Shown here: piece by piece, positions 1 through 16,336 of the stretch
How the letters are laid out: each line of letters begins with the position of its first letter
How positions within the stretch are numbered: the stretch's first letter is position 1
Translations under genes and position numbers: made by a program
Origin: the human T2T-CHM13v2.0 reference genome, Homo sapiens
Assembly: GCF_009914755.1 (NCBI RefSeq)
Contig: NC_060934.1
Length of the DNA stretch: 64,000 nucleotides
Strand: one strand, 5' to 3'
The notes under the pieces: model-generated
Databases searched by the model: none
Told to the model about the DNA's origin: nothing
What the model saw: the letters and a program-made list of their open reading frames with translations, nothing else

Positions 1-297
<297 letters not shown>

Positions 298-403
298 AGA
301 TATTCTTAATGGGCAAATTGGGAGCCTAGTCTTGGCATCAGGTGTCCTGTATTTAATCAGTTGGCAGAGCTAGTTACCTGGACCACCTACTCAGCCTAGG
401 AGG

Positions 404-1000
404 TGCTGTGATACAGCAGAGAAGACATAAACTTGGGCTCTGCTACTTGGTAGCTTTGGGCCTTGGTAAGTTTTACTTTGTCTTTCTATTCCTTGGTCTT
501 CTCATCTTTAAAACACCTCCTAGGATTCTTGTTAGGATTAAATGAAATACTATATGTTGCTTTGATTTGAGTGGATCCCCTCCAAAATTAACCTGTTGAA
601 ACTTAATGGCTAACGTGATAGTGTTAAGCGAGGGGGTTGCCTTTAAGAGGGAGTTAAGGCCATGAGGGCTTCTCCCTCATGAAAGTGATTGAAGCCCTCA
701 TAAAAGAGGCTTCACTCAGCACTTGGCCCTCCTACTCTTCTGCCCTCTGCGGTGTGAAGACACAGCGTTCCTCCCCTCCAGAGGATGCAAGGCGCCATCT
801 TGGAGGCAGAGACCGTGCCCCTCACCAGACACTCAGCCTGCCCGCGCCTTGATCTTAGACTTCCCAGCCTCCAGAACTGTGAGAAATAAATTTCTCTTCT
901 TTACAAATTACCCATTCTGTGGTATTCTGCTATAGCAGTACAAACTGACCAAGACATATATGAAGCACCTGACACACAGCTCTCTATAAATAATGCTTCT
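404..1000 (+). mobile_element. MIR, split by a MaLR LTR
   Basis: MIR core-like (cttctcatctttaaaa...gttaggattaaatga); resumes after the LTR (tatatgaagcacctgacaca). Confidence 0.65.
555..956 (+). mobile_element. MaLR solo LTR (MST/MLT1A-like)
   Basis: TG...CA ends; gacttcccagcctccagaactgtgagaaataaattt hallmark. Confidence 0.9.
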
Positions 1001-1139
1001 TCCCTGCTCTGTCTTGACTTGTTTGAAGGATCAGCAGTTAACAATGAACAGTTTAAAATGATCTCAGTATTCTTTCTTTTTCCTCTTGAGGGTGAACCTC
1101 TTAAATTGGGCTGGCTTATAGTTCCTAAAATCACAGCTG

Positions 1140-1500
1140 TTTGATATAGACGGGGGATTATTTGAAAGTCTGAGTCAAAGACGAGAAGTAGGAAATCAGT
1201 TTTTCCCCGGCTGTCGTTGTGCGCCTCCTTCCAGGGGAGTAATCAGCTCAGACTATCTCAATAGTTAATACTTGCTGTTCTACTCAAAATTGAACTCACT
1301 AAAATCTCAGTGATTTCTTCATTGAAGATTGCCAGTAGATGGCTTTTAATTCCCTGTAGTGTCTGCTTTACTGTTTTCATGCTTGTTTTTCTAAAGTCTT
1401 GAGTCAGCGTCTTTATCCTTATCAGTGTTTGGCCTTTGTCTACTCTATCTCTGTAAATCATTTGTAGGAGGGTTAAATTCCATCTGACGCAAATTGTGAT
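1140..1500. promoter_or_regulatory. Candidate enhancer with AP-1 and CRE/CEBP-like motifs
   Basis: TGAGTCA at 1171 and 1400, TGACGCAA at 1485, several retained CpGs in unique sequence. Confidence 0.35.
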
Positions 1501-2117
1501 TTTAAAAATAAATTGCTTTGTCCTACCATCTCTGAAAATAAAAGCAGATAATTTTCCTAAGTCACTTATTTAAGAAGTAGCACAAGCTAAATGCCAACCA
1601 CTTGAAGTTGTAGACTTGCTAGACTTTTTTAAGCTTCAAGGTCTCTGTGTTTTCTGTTTCAGGTAAAAATGGTCAGGACTAAACAGTTCTTCAGGGGAAA
1701 AAAAAAATAGGGTCTTTGTCACAGCTGAGTCTTCATCTTAACCAAGATTTTTGCCAGAAAGCCTTTCCTTCTCTTGGAATTTTATGCTGGTTGAAATTTG
1801 GGTTTAGTTGAAGTATAAGGAGCTGTATTTCCTTATGTCTGGTTAAGTTCCACTGTCTTTTCCACTTGCAGATTTTATATTCAGTTGTCAAATTTGCTTG
1901 TGCTCAGCATTGAACGTGATTTCTGTACTTGTATGATTAAACTGGAAAAATCTGGAATAAATAAACTGGAATAAATAAACTAGAACTGTTTTCTGAAATT
2001 GGAAGGGATTTAGATAATGGTTTGATGGATGGAGGAGGAGTGAAAGGTGGGTTAGTATGAATTTTAAAAGTTTAGATTTTTGCCACTGTTCATGCTAATG
2101 TAAAAAAGGATCTTGTT

Positions 2118-2454
<337 letters not shown>

Positions 2455-2760
2455 TTACAAATATTTATTTAGTGCCTGCTATATGTAGGATGTAATATAA
2501 AATAGATTAATAACATGGTCCTTTCCTCAAGGAATTGTCATGGAATTAGGAGGTGGGAATAAAGGAGACGAAGATACATGTGCTGAGTGCAAAGCTCAGG
2601 GAAGATTGAAAATATGCAGTCTCCTTGGGAGTGAGGTGGGATGAGGAGTGGGGCAGGATATAAATGAAGTTTCTAGGAGGAGGTACTTAATTAAGGCACA
2701 GAATCATGGAAGTGTCTGGAAGAATGCAGAGAGCTATGAGCAATCTGGTAGGTCCATGGG
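2455..2760 (-). mobile_element. L2 fragment
   Basis: aaatatttatttagtgcctgctatatg L2 3' end, antisense. Confidence 0.5.
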
Positions 2761-2769
2761 GCTACCTGG

Positions 2770-3021
2770 GGTCTGGTGTGATCCAGCTCACTTTAGCCTC
2801 GAATTTCTGGGCTCAGAGGATCCTCCCATGTCAGCCTCCCCAGTATCTGGGATTACAGGTGCATGCCAACATACTTCGCTACGTTTTTTAAAAAATTTCT
2901 TTTAGAGATAGGGGTCTTGCTGTGTTGCCCAGGATGGTCTTGAACTCCTGGCCACAAACAGTCCTCCCACCTCAGCCTCCTGAGTAGCTGGGATTATAGG
3001 TGGGAGCCACTGTGCCTGGCC
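2770..3021 (-). mobile_element. AluJ (partial)
   Basis: Diverged antisense Alu. Confidence 0.9.
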
Positions 3022-3495
3022 TCCTTTCTCCTCCTAAACTGGTTTTATTGAGGTATAATTTACATACCATAAAACCCACCCATGTAAGCATACAATCCAG
3101 TGATTTGTAAAAGTAAATTTATAGAGTTGGGAATTGCCACCTCAACCCAGTTTTAGAACACTGCTTTGTCCCTGGAAGTTTCCTTTCTTCTGGGTCAATC
3201 CCTGCTTTCATCTCCAGCCTCTGGCAAACACTGTTATGCTTTCTGTCTCTATAGATTTGACTTTTCTAGAAATTTCCTATAAAAGGAATCATAGGTAGTC
3301 TTTTTTGTTTGGCTACTTTCACTTAGCAAAATGTTTTTGAGGCTCAGCCATGGTGTAGCATGTATAAGTTGTTTGTTCCTTTATGCCGATTAATTGTATT
3401 TGATTGCATGGATATACCACATTCTGTTACCCATTTGCTAGTTGATGGGCATTTGTATTGTGTCCAGGTTTAGGCTGTTATTAATAACGCTCCAA

Positions 3496-3829
<334 letters not shown>

Positions 3830-3881
3830 TCATTTCTCTTGTGGAGATACTTAAGAGTGAAGTTTCTGGGTCATATAGTAA

Positions 3882-4311
<430 letters not shown>

Positions 4312-4377
4312 TTATTTTCCACATCTTTGTCAACACTTGGCATGTGAGTTATAACCATGCTACTGGGAGTGTAGTGC

Positions 4378-5280
4378 TTTTTTTTTTTTTTCTTTGAGAC
4401 AGGGTCTTGCTCTGCCTCAGGCTGGTCAGTGGTGCGATTATAGCTCATTGCAACCTTGACCTCTGTGGCTCAAGTGATCCTTCCGCCTCATTGCACTGAG
4501 TAGCTGGGACTACATACAGGTGCACGCCACCATGCCAGGCTAATTTTTTTGTAGAGACAGCATCTGACTATGTTGCCTAGTCTGGTCTCAAACTCCTGGG
4601 CTCAAGCAATATTCTTGCCTTGGCTTCTCAAAGTGCTGGGATTACAGGCATGAGCCACTTGTGCCCAGCCAGTGCTGTCTTTTTTTTTTTTTTTTTTTTT
4701 GAGACAGGGTCTCACTCTGTCACCCAGGCTAGAATGCAGTGGAATGATCTTGGCTTACTGCAGTCTCCACCTCCTGGGCTCAAGTAATCCTCCCACTTAA
4801 ACTTTCCGAGTAGCTGGGATTACAGGTGTGCACCACCATGCCTGGCTAATTTTTTCTATTTTTTGTAGAGACAGGGATTTGCCATGTTGTCCAGGCTAGT
4901 TTTGAACTCCTGGGCTCAAGTGATATGCCCACCTCAGCCTCCCAAAGTGCTGGGACTACAGGCATGAGCCACTGCACTGCGCCTAGTAGTGCTTTTTTTT
5001 GAGGCGGAGTCTCGCCCTGTCGCCCAGGTTGGAGTGCAATGGGGCAATCTCAACTCACTGAAATCTCCGCCTCTGGGGTTCAAACGATTCTCCTGCCTCA
5101 GCCTCCCGAGTAGCTAGAATTACAGGTGCCTGCCACCACGCCTAGCTAATTTTTGTATTTTTAGTAGGGACGGGGTTTCACCATGTTGGCCAGGCTGGTC
5201 TCGAACTCGTGACCTTGTGATTTGCCCGCCTCGGCCTCCCAAAGTGCTGGGATTACAGGCGTGAGCCACCATGCCCAGCC
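4378..5280 (-). mobile_element. Three tandem antisense Alus (4378-4670 J, 4680-4985 J, 4993-5280 S)
   Basis: Three full Alu dimers separated by copies of agtgct. Confidence 0.95.
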
Positions 5281-5413
5281 AGTAGTGCTATCTTAGTTGT
5301 AGTTTTGCTTTGTATTTCTCCACCGACTGGCAGTCTTTTAATATTGTAAATTATTTCGGCTATTTCAGAAAACACTACTCTATAATAGCGGCAATTGGTG
5401 TTGTGGTTCACTG

Positions 5414-5710
5414 TTTTGTTTGTTTTCTTGAGGCGGAGTTTTGCTCTTTGTTGCCCAGGCTGGAGTGCAGTGTTGCGATCTCAGCTCACCGCAACCTCTG
5501 CCTCTGGGTTCAAGTGATTCTCCTGCCTCAGCCTCCCGAGTAGCTGGGATTACAGGCGTGCACCACCACGCCTGGCTAATTTTGTATTTTTAGTGGAGAC
5601 GGGGTTTCTCCATGTTGGTCAGGCTGGTCTCAAGCTCCTGACCTCAGGTGATCCGCCCACCTCGGCCTCCCAAAGTGCTGGGATTACAGGTATGAGCCAC
5701 CGTGCCTGCC
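5414..5710 (-). mobile_element. AluSp-like
   Basis: ggggtttctccatgttggtcagg diagnostic. Confidence 0.9.
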
Positions 5711-5844
5711 TTATTAACTGTATTTTTTTCTAAAGCTCTTGAAAGAATTTTTGTATGTGAAGAATCCAGACACTATTTTATTAGAGACTCTTTGCTTACT
5801 TATTTTTACTCTTTCTTTTTGAGATTTGTAAAATTATCCTCTGA

Positions 5845-6302
5845 TATAAACTACCTGTGGCCTGCCACCTGCTTTTGTATGCCCCAGGAGTAAAGAATTT
5901 TATTTTTAAATGGTCGAAAGTAAAAGAATACTATTTTAGCCAGGTGTGGTGGTGCATACTTATGGTCCCAGCTACTTGGGAGGTTGAGGTGGGAGGATTG
6001 TTTGAGCTGAGGAGTTTGAGGCTGCAGTAGCCATGATTGTGCCCCTGCACTCCAGTCTGGGCAACAGCATGAAATGCTGTCTTGAAAATAATTGTGATAT
6101 GTGAAAATTACATGAAATTCAAATTTCAGTGTCATAAATAAATTTTGATTGGAATACAGCCATGCCTATTCATTTATGTGTTACCCATGTCTGCTTTTGT
6201 GCTATAAGGGCAAGAGTAGGGTAGTTTCAGTAGAGACTGTACAGCCTGCGTAGCCTAAAATACTTACTGCCTGGCTCTTTACAGAAAGTTTGCCCACCCT
6301 GG
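5845..6302 (+). mobile_element. MER58B-like hAT-Charlie element with a monomeric Alu inserted at 5938-6090
   Basis: aattcaaatttcagtgtcataaataaa...ggctctttacagaaagtttgccc. Confidence 0.8.
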
Positions 6303-6381
6303 CTCTCACCCATTCCAGATGTTGCCTATTCTCAGAAAAAAATTTGCTATTGACTTGTCCTTTTGGTTCAGTTCCTTTTTT

Positions 6382-6517
6382 AGAGATAGGGTCTCACAAT
6401 GTTGCCCAGGCTGAAGTAGAGTGGCTGTTCACAGGCACAGTACCAGTACTGATCAGCATGGGAATTTTGACCTGCTCTGTTTCCTCCCTGGGCCAGTTCA
6501 CCCCCCTTCTTCAGGCA
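6382..6517 (-). pseudogene. 7SL (SRP) RNA retropseudogene, 5'-truncated
   Basis: Reverse complement of the 7SL 3' part including S-domain sequence absent from Alu (tactgatcagcatgggaattttgacctgctctgtttcc); short T tail; TSD ttggttcagttc at 6363 and 6518. Confidence 0.93.
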
Positions 6518-6574
6518 TTGGTTCAGTTCTTGTGTTGGTTCTCCAGTTTGTTGTTACTGGGAAACCTGAATTCA

Positions 6575-7043
<469 letters not shown>

Positions 7044-7169
7044 GTCTCTGGGACCTTTTAAGAAAGTCACCCAGTAAACAAAGGGGAAAGAATGGTGCTT
7101 TTGTAGATGAAGGTATCACGTTAACTATTTGTGTTTGGAAAGTGATGCTGTGTAACATAGATAATTTTG

Positions 7170-7950
7170 TTTATTGGTTTTTTTAAGTGCCCATTATAAA
7201 ATTTAAGATAATACAGAGGTATAGGAAGTCACTTACCCCCTCATTCTACTCTTACTTGTCGCCATTATTAGGAATTTATTTCCTTTTATACCTTTTTCTA
7301 TGCAGATATAAACATAGCCAGTTGGGTTTTGTGGCTGTTTTTTTCAGAAATGAAACTGCAGTGTACATTTTGTTTTAAAATGAAGGTTTTTCAGAACTTG
7401 GCCCAGGGTATGGTGGCTGTGCATACCTGTAGATTTGCTGTCTTCATTTTAGCAGCTGCATGGCCTTTTTTTGTATGACTCTACCATAATCTACTTAACT
7501 GTTGATGAAGTTTAAGGTTTTTGCTTATGTAAGTAATGTCCGTGTGTTTCAGTTGGCCTTACTAACACTGGTTATATTCATCTTTAACATATTTTTCTTT
7601 TTTTGGCCTATTTGGTAAGTGAAAAATAGCTCATTGTCATAACTTGCACTTCTTCAGTGAGACTGAACATTTTCCTTATTTTAGCCACTTGTACTTCTAT
7701 GAATTATCTATTGCTTATTTTTCTTTGGGTTGTTTGTGTCTTTTAATTGGTTGCAGATCTTTATATATTATAAACCCTAACTCTTAATTTGCAAATATTT
7801 CTTACAATTGATCGTTTCTTATTTATGGTGGCGTTTTTCCTTACAGAAGTCTTAGTTTTGTATGTTGTCAGATCTGTCAAACATTTATAGCTCTTGGATT
7901 TGGAGGTATGCTTGCAACGTGTTTCCATGTTTTAATATTCTAAGTGTAAC
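7170..7950 (-). mobile_element. Old L1ME-like fragment
   Basis: Degenerate antisense L1 3' motifs. Confidence 0.55.
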
Positions 7951-7960
7951 TATCTTAATT

Positions 7961-8456
7961 CAGTGATTCCTAATCATGACTGCATCAGAATAATTTAGGG
8001 GAATTTTTTTCAGCATATATGCTGTGATTTCCAACTAAGATATTCTTTCTTCGTAGATAAAATGTGGGGTCCAAATCTGTGGAGTTTGGTTTGTTTTGTT
8101 TTGGAGAGAGGAAGAAGCTTCCTGGCCAGGCACGGTGGCTCATACCTGTAATCCCAGCACTTTGGGAGGCCGAGGCAGGCGAATCACGAGGTCAGGAGAT
8201 CAAGACCATCCTGGCTAACATGGTGAAACCCTGTCTCTACTAAAAATACAAAAAAATTAGACGGGCGTGGTGGCGGGCGCCTGTAGTCCCAGCTACTCGG
8301 GAGGCTGAGGCAGGAGAAGGCGTGAACCCGGGCGGCGGAGCTTGCAGTGAGCTGAGATCGCGCCTCTGCACTCCAGCCTGGGAGACAGAGCGAGACTGTC
8401 TCAAAATAAAAAAAGCTCCCTGATTCTGATGTGAAACCCTAGTTAAAAAATCACAG
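7961..8456. mobile_element. MER5-type hAT-Charlie element split by AluY
   Basis: cagtgattcctaa...tgcatcagaat...tgattctgatgtg. Confidence 0.55.
8124..8414 (+). mobile_element. AluY
   Basis: gagatcaagaccatcctggctaac and ggcgtgaacccggg diagnostics, CpG-rich. Confidence 0.95.
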
Positions 8457-8715
8457 TATGTAAAACAGATTTCATTGCCTCTTTCCAGTTGAGTTGTGTT
8501 TTTTTCTTTGAGAGTGTGAAGGGGGTGGTGCTGCTTGGTTCCTTTTACTTAACATTCATTGAGTTCCTGTGACACACTTGGAGAATTAGTAAGGAGAGAA
8601 TTCATGCAACTGATAAGGAGAGAAACTGCTGTACATTGTACCCTTTGCTGTGCACTGTAACTGTACAATCAAGTTTCTTTATCTTGACAATTGTGTTAAA
8701 CCACAAGCTATTGGC

Positions 8716-8905
8716 TATATTTCATTGGTTGAAAGATGCACTTTTTTTCCCCACGTTTTAACATCCATGAAACTGGGATGACAGCATGACATAGTTTATT
8801 TGGCAGCATTTTAAATTTTGTAGTATAATGGTTCATCTTAGTCAACTTGGAGAAGTTGGATAATTTTTTATCTTTCATTTTTGTATCTAAAGTACATCAG
8901 TACGG
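8716..8905 (+). mobile_element. MER104-like TcMar DNA transposon
   Basis: tatttcattg...aagatgcac...catagtttatttggcagcatttt...tacgg. Confidence 0.65.
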
Positions 8906-9052
8906 TTTTTTTTTTTCCATACTGGCCTTCATGTTCCTGAGTGGTCTCTTCTCTTCTAGTGTTTCTTTCCTTCTAATTAAGTTTTATATACTGCTGCCAG
9001 ATTAATCTTCCCAGACCATGATTCTGATTAAATCACTGCTATATGCAATAAC

Positions 9053-9456
<404 letters not shown>

Positions 9457-9969
9457 TAACAGAAAGTTCAAACATTTTAATATTTCATTTTAGACCCTTT
9501 GAATGAAATATTTACCTCTTCAACCTTTTATTCTTCACATACTCCAATTTTGCATTGATAAGCTAACAGCATCTTTTCATGTATTCCCCCCCCCCCTTTT
9601 TTAAAACAACATCATCTTGTATTTACTTATTGAATCCTTATGCGGGATTGCTCCCTACCCTCTCCCCAGACCTCTGGCTGTTTGAAACCCACCTATCCTT
9701 TCTGCTCAGCTTCTGTCATTCATCCATCTCCATGCAATTGCTGCTGGTATAACAGGGGTGAAAGATAACTATTGACAAAGAACAGGGAAGTTTTTTTGGA
9801 ACTCTGGGGTTTTAAGAAAGGCATTGACGTCCTTGGGAACTAGGTAATACAGTTTCCTCTCCTTTTCCTATTTTTGATTTTGGCTTTGGCTTTGTATTTG
9901 AAATTCTCTTCTTCACTTCAGATGGAGGTGTGGGAGGGGATGTGTGGGGTGTAGTATGTGTGGCCCCAC

Positions 9970-10975
9970 AGGTAGATCACCTGATCAGTCTTTTACCCTA
10001 AACATAAGAGAGGGAAAAGCACAAAAAACAACAGCTCTAAGATGGGGCATGTACATGTCCAAATTTGAACTCAGTCATGTTTTTGTCAAACTAAGATGAT
10101 GAACTAGTTATAAGATGAAGTTTGACTGGACGAATGTAGATCCTATTTTGACCATAAAGCTAGTTGCATAAGTAAGCACAGGATGATGTTGAGGGGTTTG
10201 TGGCTTAGGAGTAGCACTTAAGGACATCTGCGGAGGGCCAAATGTGAGTCCGTAGTGAGATGTGGCAACAACAAAAATAAAATCTCAGATGCATTATTGA
10301 AAGAAAAAAAGAATATCTAGAATTGGGGGAGATGATAATCCTATTTATTTTTTTTTTTGAGACAGGGTCTTGCCCTGTAGCCCAGGCTGGAGTGCAGTGG
10401 TATGATCACAGCTCACTTCAGCCCTGCCAGTAGCTGGGACTGTGGGTACACACTACTGTGCCTGGCCAACTTTTAAAATTTTTTTCATACAGGCAGGGTC
10501 TCACCATCGAGCCCAGGCTGGTCTTGAACTCCTGGGCTCAAGCAGTCCTCCCGCCTTGGCCTCCCAAAGTGCTGGGATTATAGGTATGAGCCAGCATGCC
10601 CATGAATCCTATTTTATTCTGTATTGGGGTGGACACAACTATCAAGTCTTGGTCAATTCTGGGGCACACATTTTGAAATTAGAAGCCACATACAGAAGAA
10701 CAATTGAAGAAAGATCTGCTTTGGAGACATGAGAACTTGGGGCATGGGAAGCCCATAATTAGCCATCAGGATATGTAAAGGAAGAGGATTTGTACCTTGT
10801 GGTTCTAGGGAATAGAACTAAGGCCAGTGGATGGAAGCCACAGATAGAAAGACATGGCTCAATTTAAAGACTAATTTGCAGTGAGAGCTGTTTAATGATG
10901 GAGTAGAAGATGGTAAACTTCCTGTTTGTAGGAGGTTGAACAATCATTTGGCAGCTGTGTTTTAGAGGATATAAA
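9970..10975 (+). mobile_element. L3/CR1 remnant interrupted by antisense AluJ (10343-10600)
   Basis: caattctggggcacacattt; agaactaaggccagtggatggaagcc CR1 motifs. Confidence 0.6.
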
Positions 10976-12195
10976 AATGTTGAATCACTAACAAGTGTTC
11001 ACTTTTCCTCATTATAAATGGAAAAGGCAAGAAACACTCAAAATTTAAATTGGCACTCATAATATACTATCATGACATAACATGTTATCAAATTTATTAT
11101 TTTGCAACTGACAGTAATCACTTAGCCAGCAGATGTACTTCAGCCTTAGCATTGAATTAAGCAGAGTGGTGACAGTGAACTGGATGGTGAATTTGCTCTA
11201 GCAAGTTTACCTGAGTGGATTCTGTGGGATGGAATTAGAAAAAAAAAAAAAAAAAAAACAAACCTCCACAGAGTTAAACAGCCTTTTCTCATCAGTGATA
11301 CAGTGGTAAGAACCTGCAAATACATGTATGTACACTGAGAGGGCAGGAGGAACTTTATGCCAAGGTCTTCATAAGCCCAAATTAACAAATTGCCAAGTAT
11401 GTCAAAACTTGTGTCTGTGTTGGCAGGACCTGTGAAGCACTCCTCTGGAACATAGTCTGCAAACCACAACACTAAGTGATTGATCTCTAAGGCCTCCTTC
11501 CAATTGTAAAATTCTTTGGTAAATGACCTTGTAATATATGCTTGGCAGTAGTTTAGGGTTATGGAGTAACAGAAGCATAGCCAATTAAAACTATGAGAAA
11601 ACTTAGGTGTATTATAATTGGCCCCTCTGGAATTTGGCCCCAGCTTTGAGGATCATAATTACAACGAAGTCAGCAGTTTGAAATAAGTTTTCACCATAGG
11701 GGAGAAGAGACTCAGTGGCACTACGGCTTGCTTTCAGTCTTAAGTGAAATTCTACTTCCTTGTCTTAAAAGAACCTCACTGGTTCTTTCAATTGAGAAAC
11801 CTTGATGGTTTGAAAGAGATACTTGGAAGAGAGTGATTAATGAAAATAATATTGGTGTGTATAAAGTCATTGAGCAGCTGAGGGGCTTAGAAGCTGAGAA
11901 GATCTGAAAGCAATGTGAGCCTAAAATACACTAAAACATGCATGCTTGTGCTAATTTTCTGTCAAATTTACAAAATCTTTGGAGGGAGAGTGGAATTTAG
12001 AAGAGAAAGCAAAGTGAATAACATTTTATGATTAATGAAAGAAGAATTTAGTAGAGTAGTGCAGAATTGAAGCCCTAGGCAGATTCTGAATTATCCTTTG
12101 TTTCAGGGTTCTCTGAACCCTCAAGGCTGGGTTAGGTGCCCACCTTGGTACTGTGTAACATTATGTCTGTTACAGTATCAGTTCCAATTCTTGCC

Positions 12196-12535
12196 TTTTT
12201 TTTTTTTTTTTTTTTTTTTTGAGATGGAATCTTGCTCTGTCACCCAGGCTGGAGTGCAGGGGTGTGATTGCAGCTTAGATTGCAGCTTACTGCAACCTCC
12301 GCCTTCTGGGTTCAAGCAGTTCCCTTGCCTCACCCTCATGAGTAGCTGGAATTACAGGTGTGCGCCACACGCCCAGGTAATTTTTTTTTTTTTTTTTTTT
12401 TTTTTTTGTATTTTTAGTAGAGACAGGGTTTTACCATGTTGACCAGGCTGGTCTTGAACTCCTGACCTGAAGTGATTTGTCCACCTTGGCCTCCCAAAGT
12501 GCTGGGATTACAGGCGTGAGCCACTGCGCTTGCCC
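12196..12535 (-). mobile_element. AluS inside an L2 3' end (12090-12660, +)
   Basis: Alu dimer; L2 tail aataaatgtttgttgaatgaat. Confidence 0.9.
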
Positions 12536-12971
12536 TGTCCACTACTTTCTAATTGGTTGTTTTCAAACTCTCTGAGCTTCAGGAAGACAAGGACCATGTT
12601 TGGACTCTCAGGGTTGGATGTACGTTAAGGGTTTAATAAATGTTTGTTGAATGAATAAACAGGAACCCCTTTACCTTTCTTTCATTTATGCTACTTCCTT
12701 GTTTTGGCATTTCTGAGATATTGCTGTTAACATCATGCAGCTTGACTATTAACACTTTACCTTTATGTGCTGATAATTGGTCAAGTTGGGTATTGGGTAC
12801 AGGGAGGCTCACAGTATTATTCTTCCCATAATAAAAAGAGTTTTAGAAAAGACATTAACATCTGTAAAACTGATTGTCCTAAAGAGCTATTCCCATCTGA
12901 CTGCAGAGTGGAAAGCATCTGATGGCCCAATTGTGACAAGCTCTTATTATTTACTCTCATGGATGTTTGTA

Positions 12972-13193
12972 CAGGTTGCGTATTCCTTGTATGTATGTTT
13001 GGGAACAAGCATTTTGGATTTTTTTTTAAAGGTTTTGGTATATTTGCATTATGTTTACTGGCTGAGCATCTGAAATCCAAAAATCCAAAATCTGAAATGC
13101 TCCAGTGAACATTTCTTCTGAGCATCATGTCAGTGCTCAAAAAGTTTTGGATTTTGGAGTATTTCAGATTTTGGATTTGGGATACTCAACCTG
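12972..13193. mobile_element. Tigger4a/MER46-type DNA transposon
   Basis: TIRs caggttg...caacctg flanked by TA; aatccaaaatctgaaatgctcca. Confidence 0.85.
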
Positions 13194-13200
13194 TATTTCA

Positions 13201-13569
<369 letters not shown>

Positions 13570-13627
13570 TTAAAAGAGGAAGTGAGGAAAGTAGGTGAAC
13601 AGGAGGAATGATGAATGATGCTGTTAG

Positions 13628-13976
<349 letters not shown>

Positions 13977-13989
13977 TTTTTTTTTTTTT

Positions 13990-15465
13990 TTTAAGCTCCA
14001 CTTAGAGCCATCTCAAACATACGATTTTCAAAACTGGACTCGATTTTTTTTTTCCTCTTCTCCCCGCCCTCTGCAAATCTATACTTGCTGCCATCATCCT
14101 TATTTTAATTAATGGCCGTCCTGTCTTTCCAGTTGTCAGGGTAAAATCTGAATGTTATCCTTTATGACTTCGATTCTCTTAACCTTAGGTGTAATCTGTT
14201 AGGAAATCTTACTGACTCTAGCTTCAGAATATTTCCAGAATGTGGCCACTCCATACCATCTCTACCTCTACCACCCAAGCCCCTGTCATTTTATAGCATA
14301 TTATGGCTGTACCATTAGCCTCCTTGCTGGTCTCCTTGCTGTTTTATCTTTGCCTCCTTATAATTATTTTCCACACAGCAGTCAGTGATCTTTCAAACAA
14401 AAAACTTTACTGATGTTTATAAGCACACACAAAAATGCACATGTTATGAGTTTGCAGTGAATTTTCGCAAACTGGTCATACCTGTGTGTGACCAGCGCCC
14501 AGAGCAAGAAACGGAATGTGACCAGCAACTCATGCTGCCTTCCAGTCCCTGTCCCAAGGGTAATCATCACCTTGACTTGTAGAACATAGGTCAGTTTTGT
14601 TGTTTTTGTACTTTATCTATAATAAATGGAATCGTACAATATGTACTGTATTGAGTCTGGCTTCTTTTATGCAGCCTTATGTGTGTGTGAATCATCCATG
14701 ATGTTTTATGAAATTGTAAATGGTTTCTTCTCATTGCTGTGTGCTATCACATTGTGTTAATATACCACGATTTATTTATCCATTCTTCCATTCTGCTAAT
14801 GGGCATTCAGATAGTTCCCGGCTTTAGGCTATTTTGAATCATGCTGCTTGGACATTCTAGTACGAGTCTTTTGGCAAATATATGTATGTGTTTATGTTGG
14901 GTATATACCTAGGAGTAGGATCTGTGGTTCATGAGGTATGTGTGGGTTCGGGCTTTGTATTACCAAATAATTTTCCAAAATGGTTGTACCCCAGCGAGTG
15001 ATCTTTTAAAATATTTGTTAAATCCTATTATTTGTTGTTTGAAAGCTTGTCAGTGGTTTATCAACTCACTCAATAATAGCTGAAATTCTTACAGTGGCAT
15101 ATCACTTGTCTTCCTACTTCTCTTTGAACATGCTAAGCACACGTATCTTCAGGCCTTTGTGCTAGCTGCCCCCACTACCTCATTTGTTATACCACCTAGC
15201 TATGTTACCTGCTTAAATTCAGATGTCTGCTCACAGGTCACTAACATATGTAAAATAGCCTATTCTTTTCATCTCTGTCCCTTTATTTTGCATTATTTTT
15301 CCTCGTACTACTTACTACTGAGCATGTCTATGTTTAATATGTGTAACATTTGTCTCCCCGCCACCCACCAGGGACTTTGTTTTTTTGTTAATTGTTGTAT
15401 CCATTATCCTCTAGAACAGTAGACATTAATAGTTGCCCAATAAATAGTTGAGTGAGTAAATGAAT
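13990..15465 (+). mobile_element. L2 3' region with nested antisense L1ME (14400-14992)
   Basis: L2 motifs resume after the L1 (agtgatcttt repeated at both sides); L2 tail at ~15440. Confidence 0.7.
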
Positions 15466-15631
15466 ACATAAAACAAATAGTTGTAATAGACATAATGGAT
15501 GAAAATAGAATTTGGGGAGAATAAGACAAATGAGGTTAAAAATTGATAAAAATTACTTAATTTTAATTTTTATTAAAACATAGCTGAAAAAGACACAGGG
15601 CTTAAAATAGCAACTCCTTATCTCATTCTAA

Positions 15632-16010
<379 letters not shown>

Positions 16011-16092
16011 TCATCTCTTTCTCATACCATTAAACTTGATATTTCTAAACTTTTAGTTAAATTGCTATCTATTTTATTTCAGTTTTAGTGGG

Positions 16093-16336
16093 TTTTTTTT
16101 TTTTTCATAGCTCACTGCAGCCTCAACTTCCTGGCTTAGGTGATCCTCCCACCTTAGCCTCCTGAGTAGCTGGACTACAGGCGCATACCACTACACCTGG
16201 CTAATTTTTGTATCTTTTGTAGAGACAGGGTCTCGCCATGTTATCCAAGCTGGTCTCGAACTCCTGGGCTCAAGTGATCTGCCCGCCTTGGGCTCCAGAG
16301 TGGTGGGATTATAGGTGTGAGGTGCCATGCCCAACC
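16093..16336 (-). mobile_element. AluJ (partial)
   Basis: Antisense Alu missing part of the right arm. Confidence 0.9.

Noticed and set aside
1941-1988. Short tandem repeat ctggaataaataaa
   Set aside because: Ordinary slippage duplication, not an array with spacers. No CRISPR-like structure in the window.
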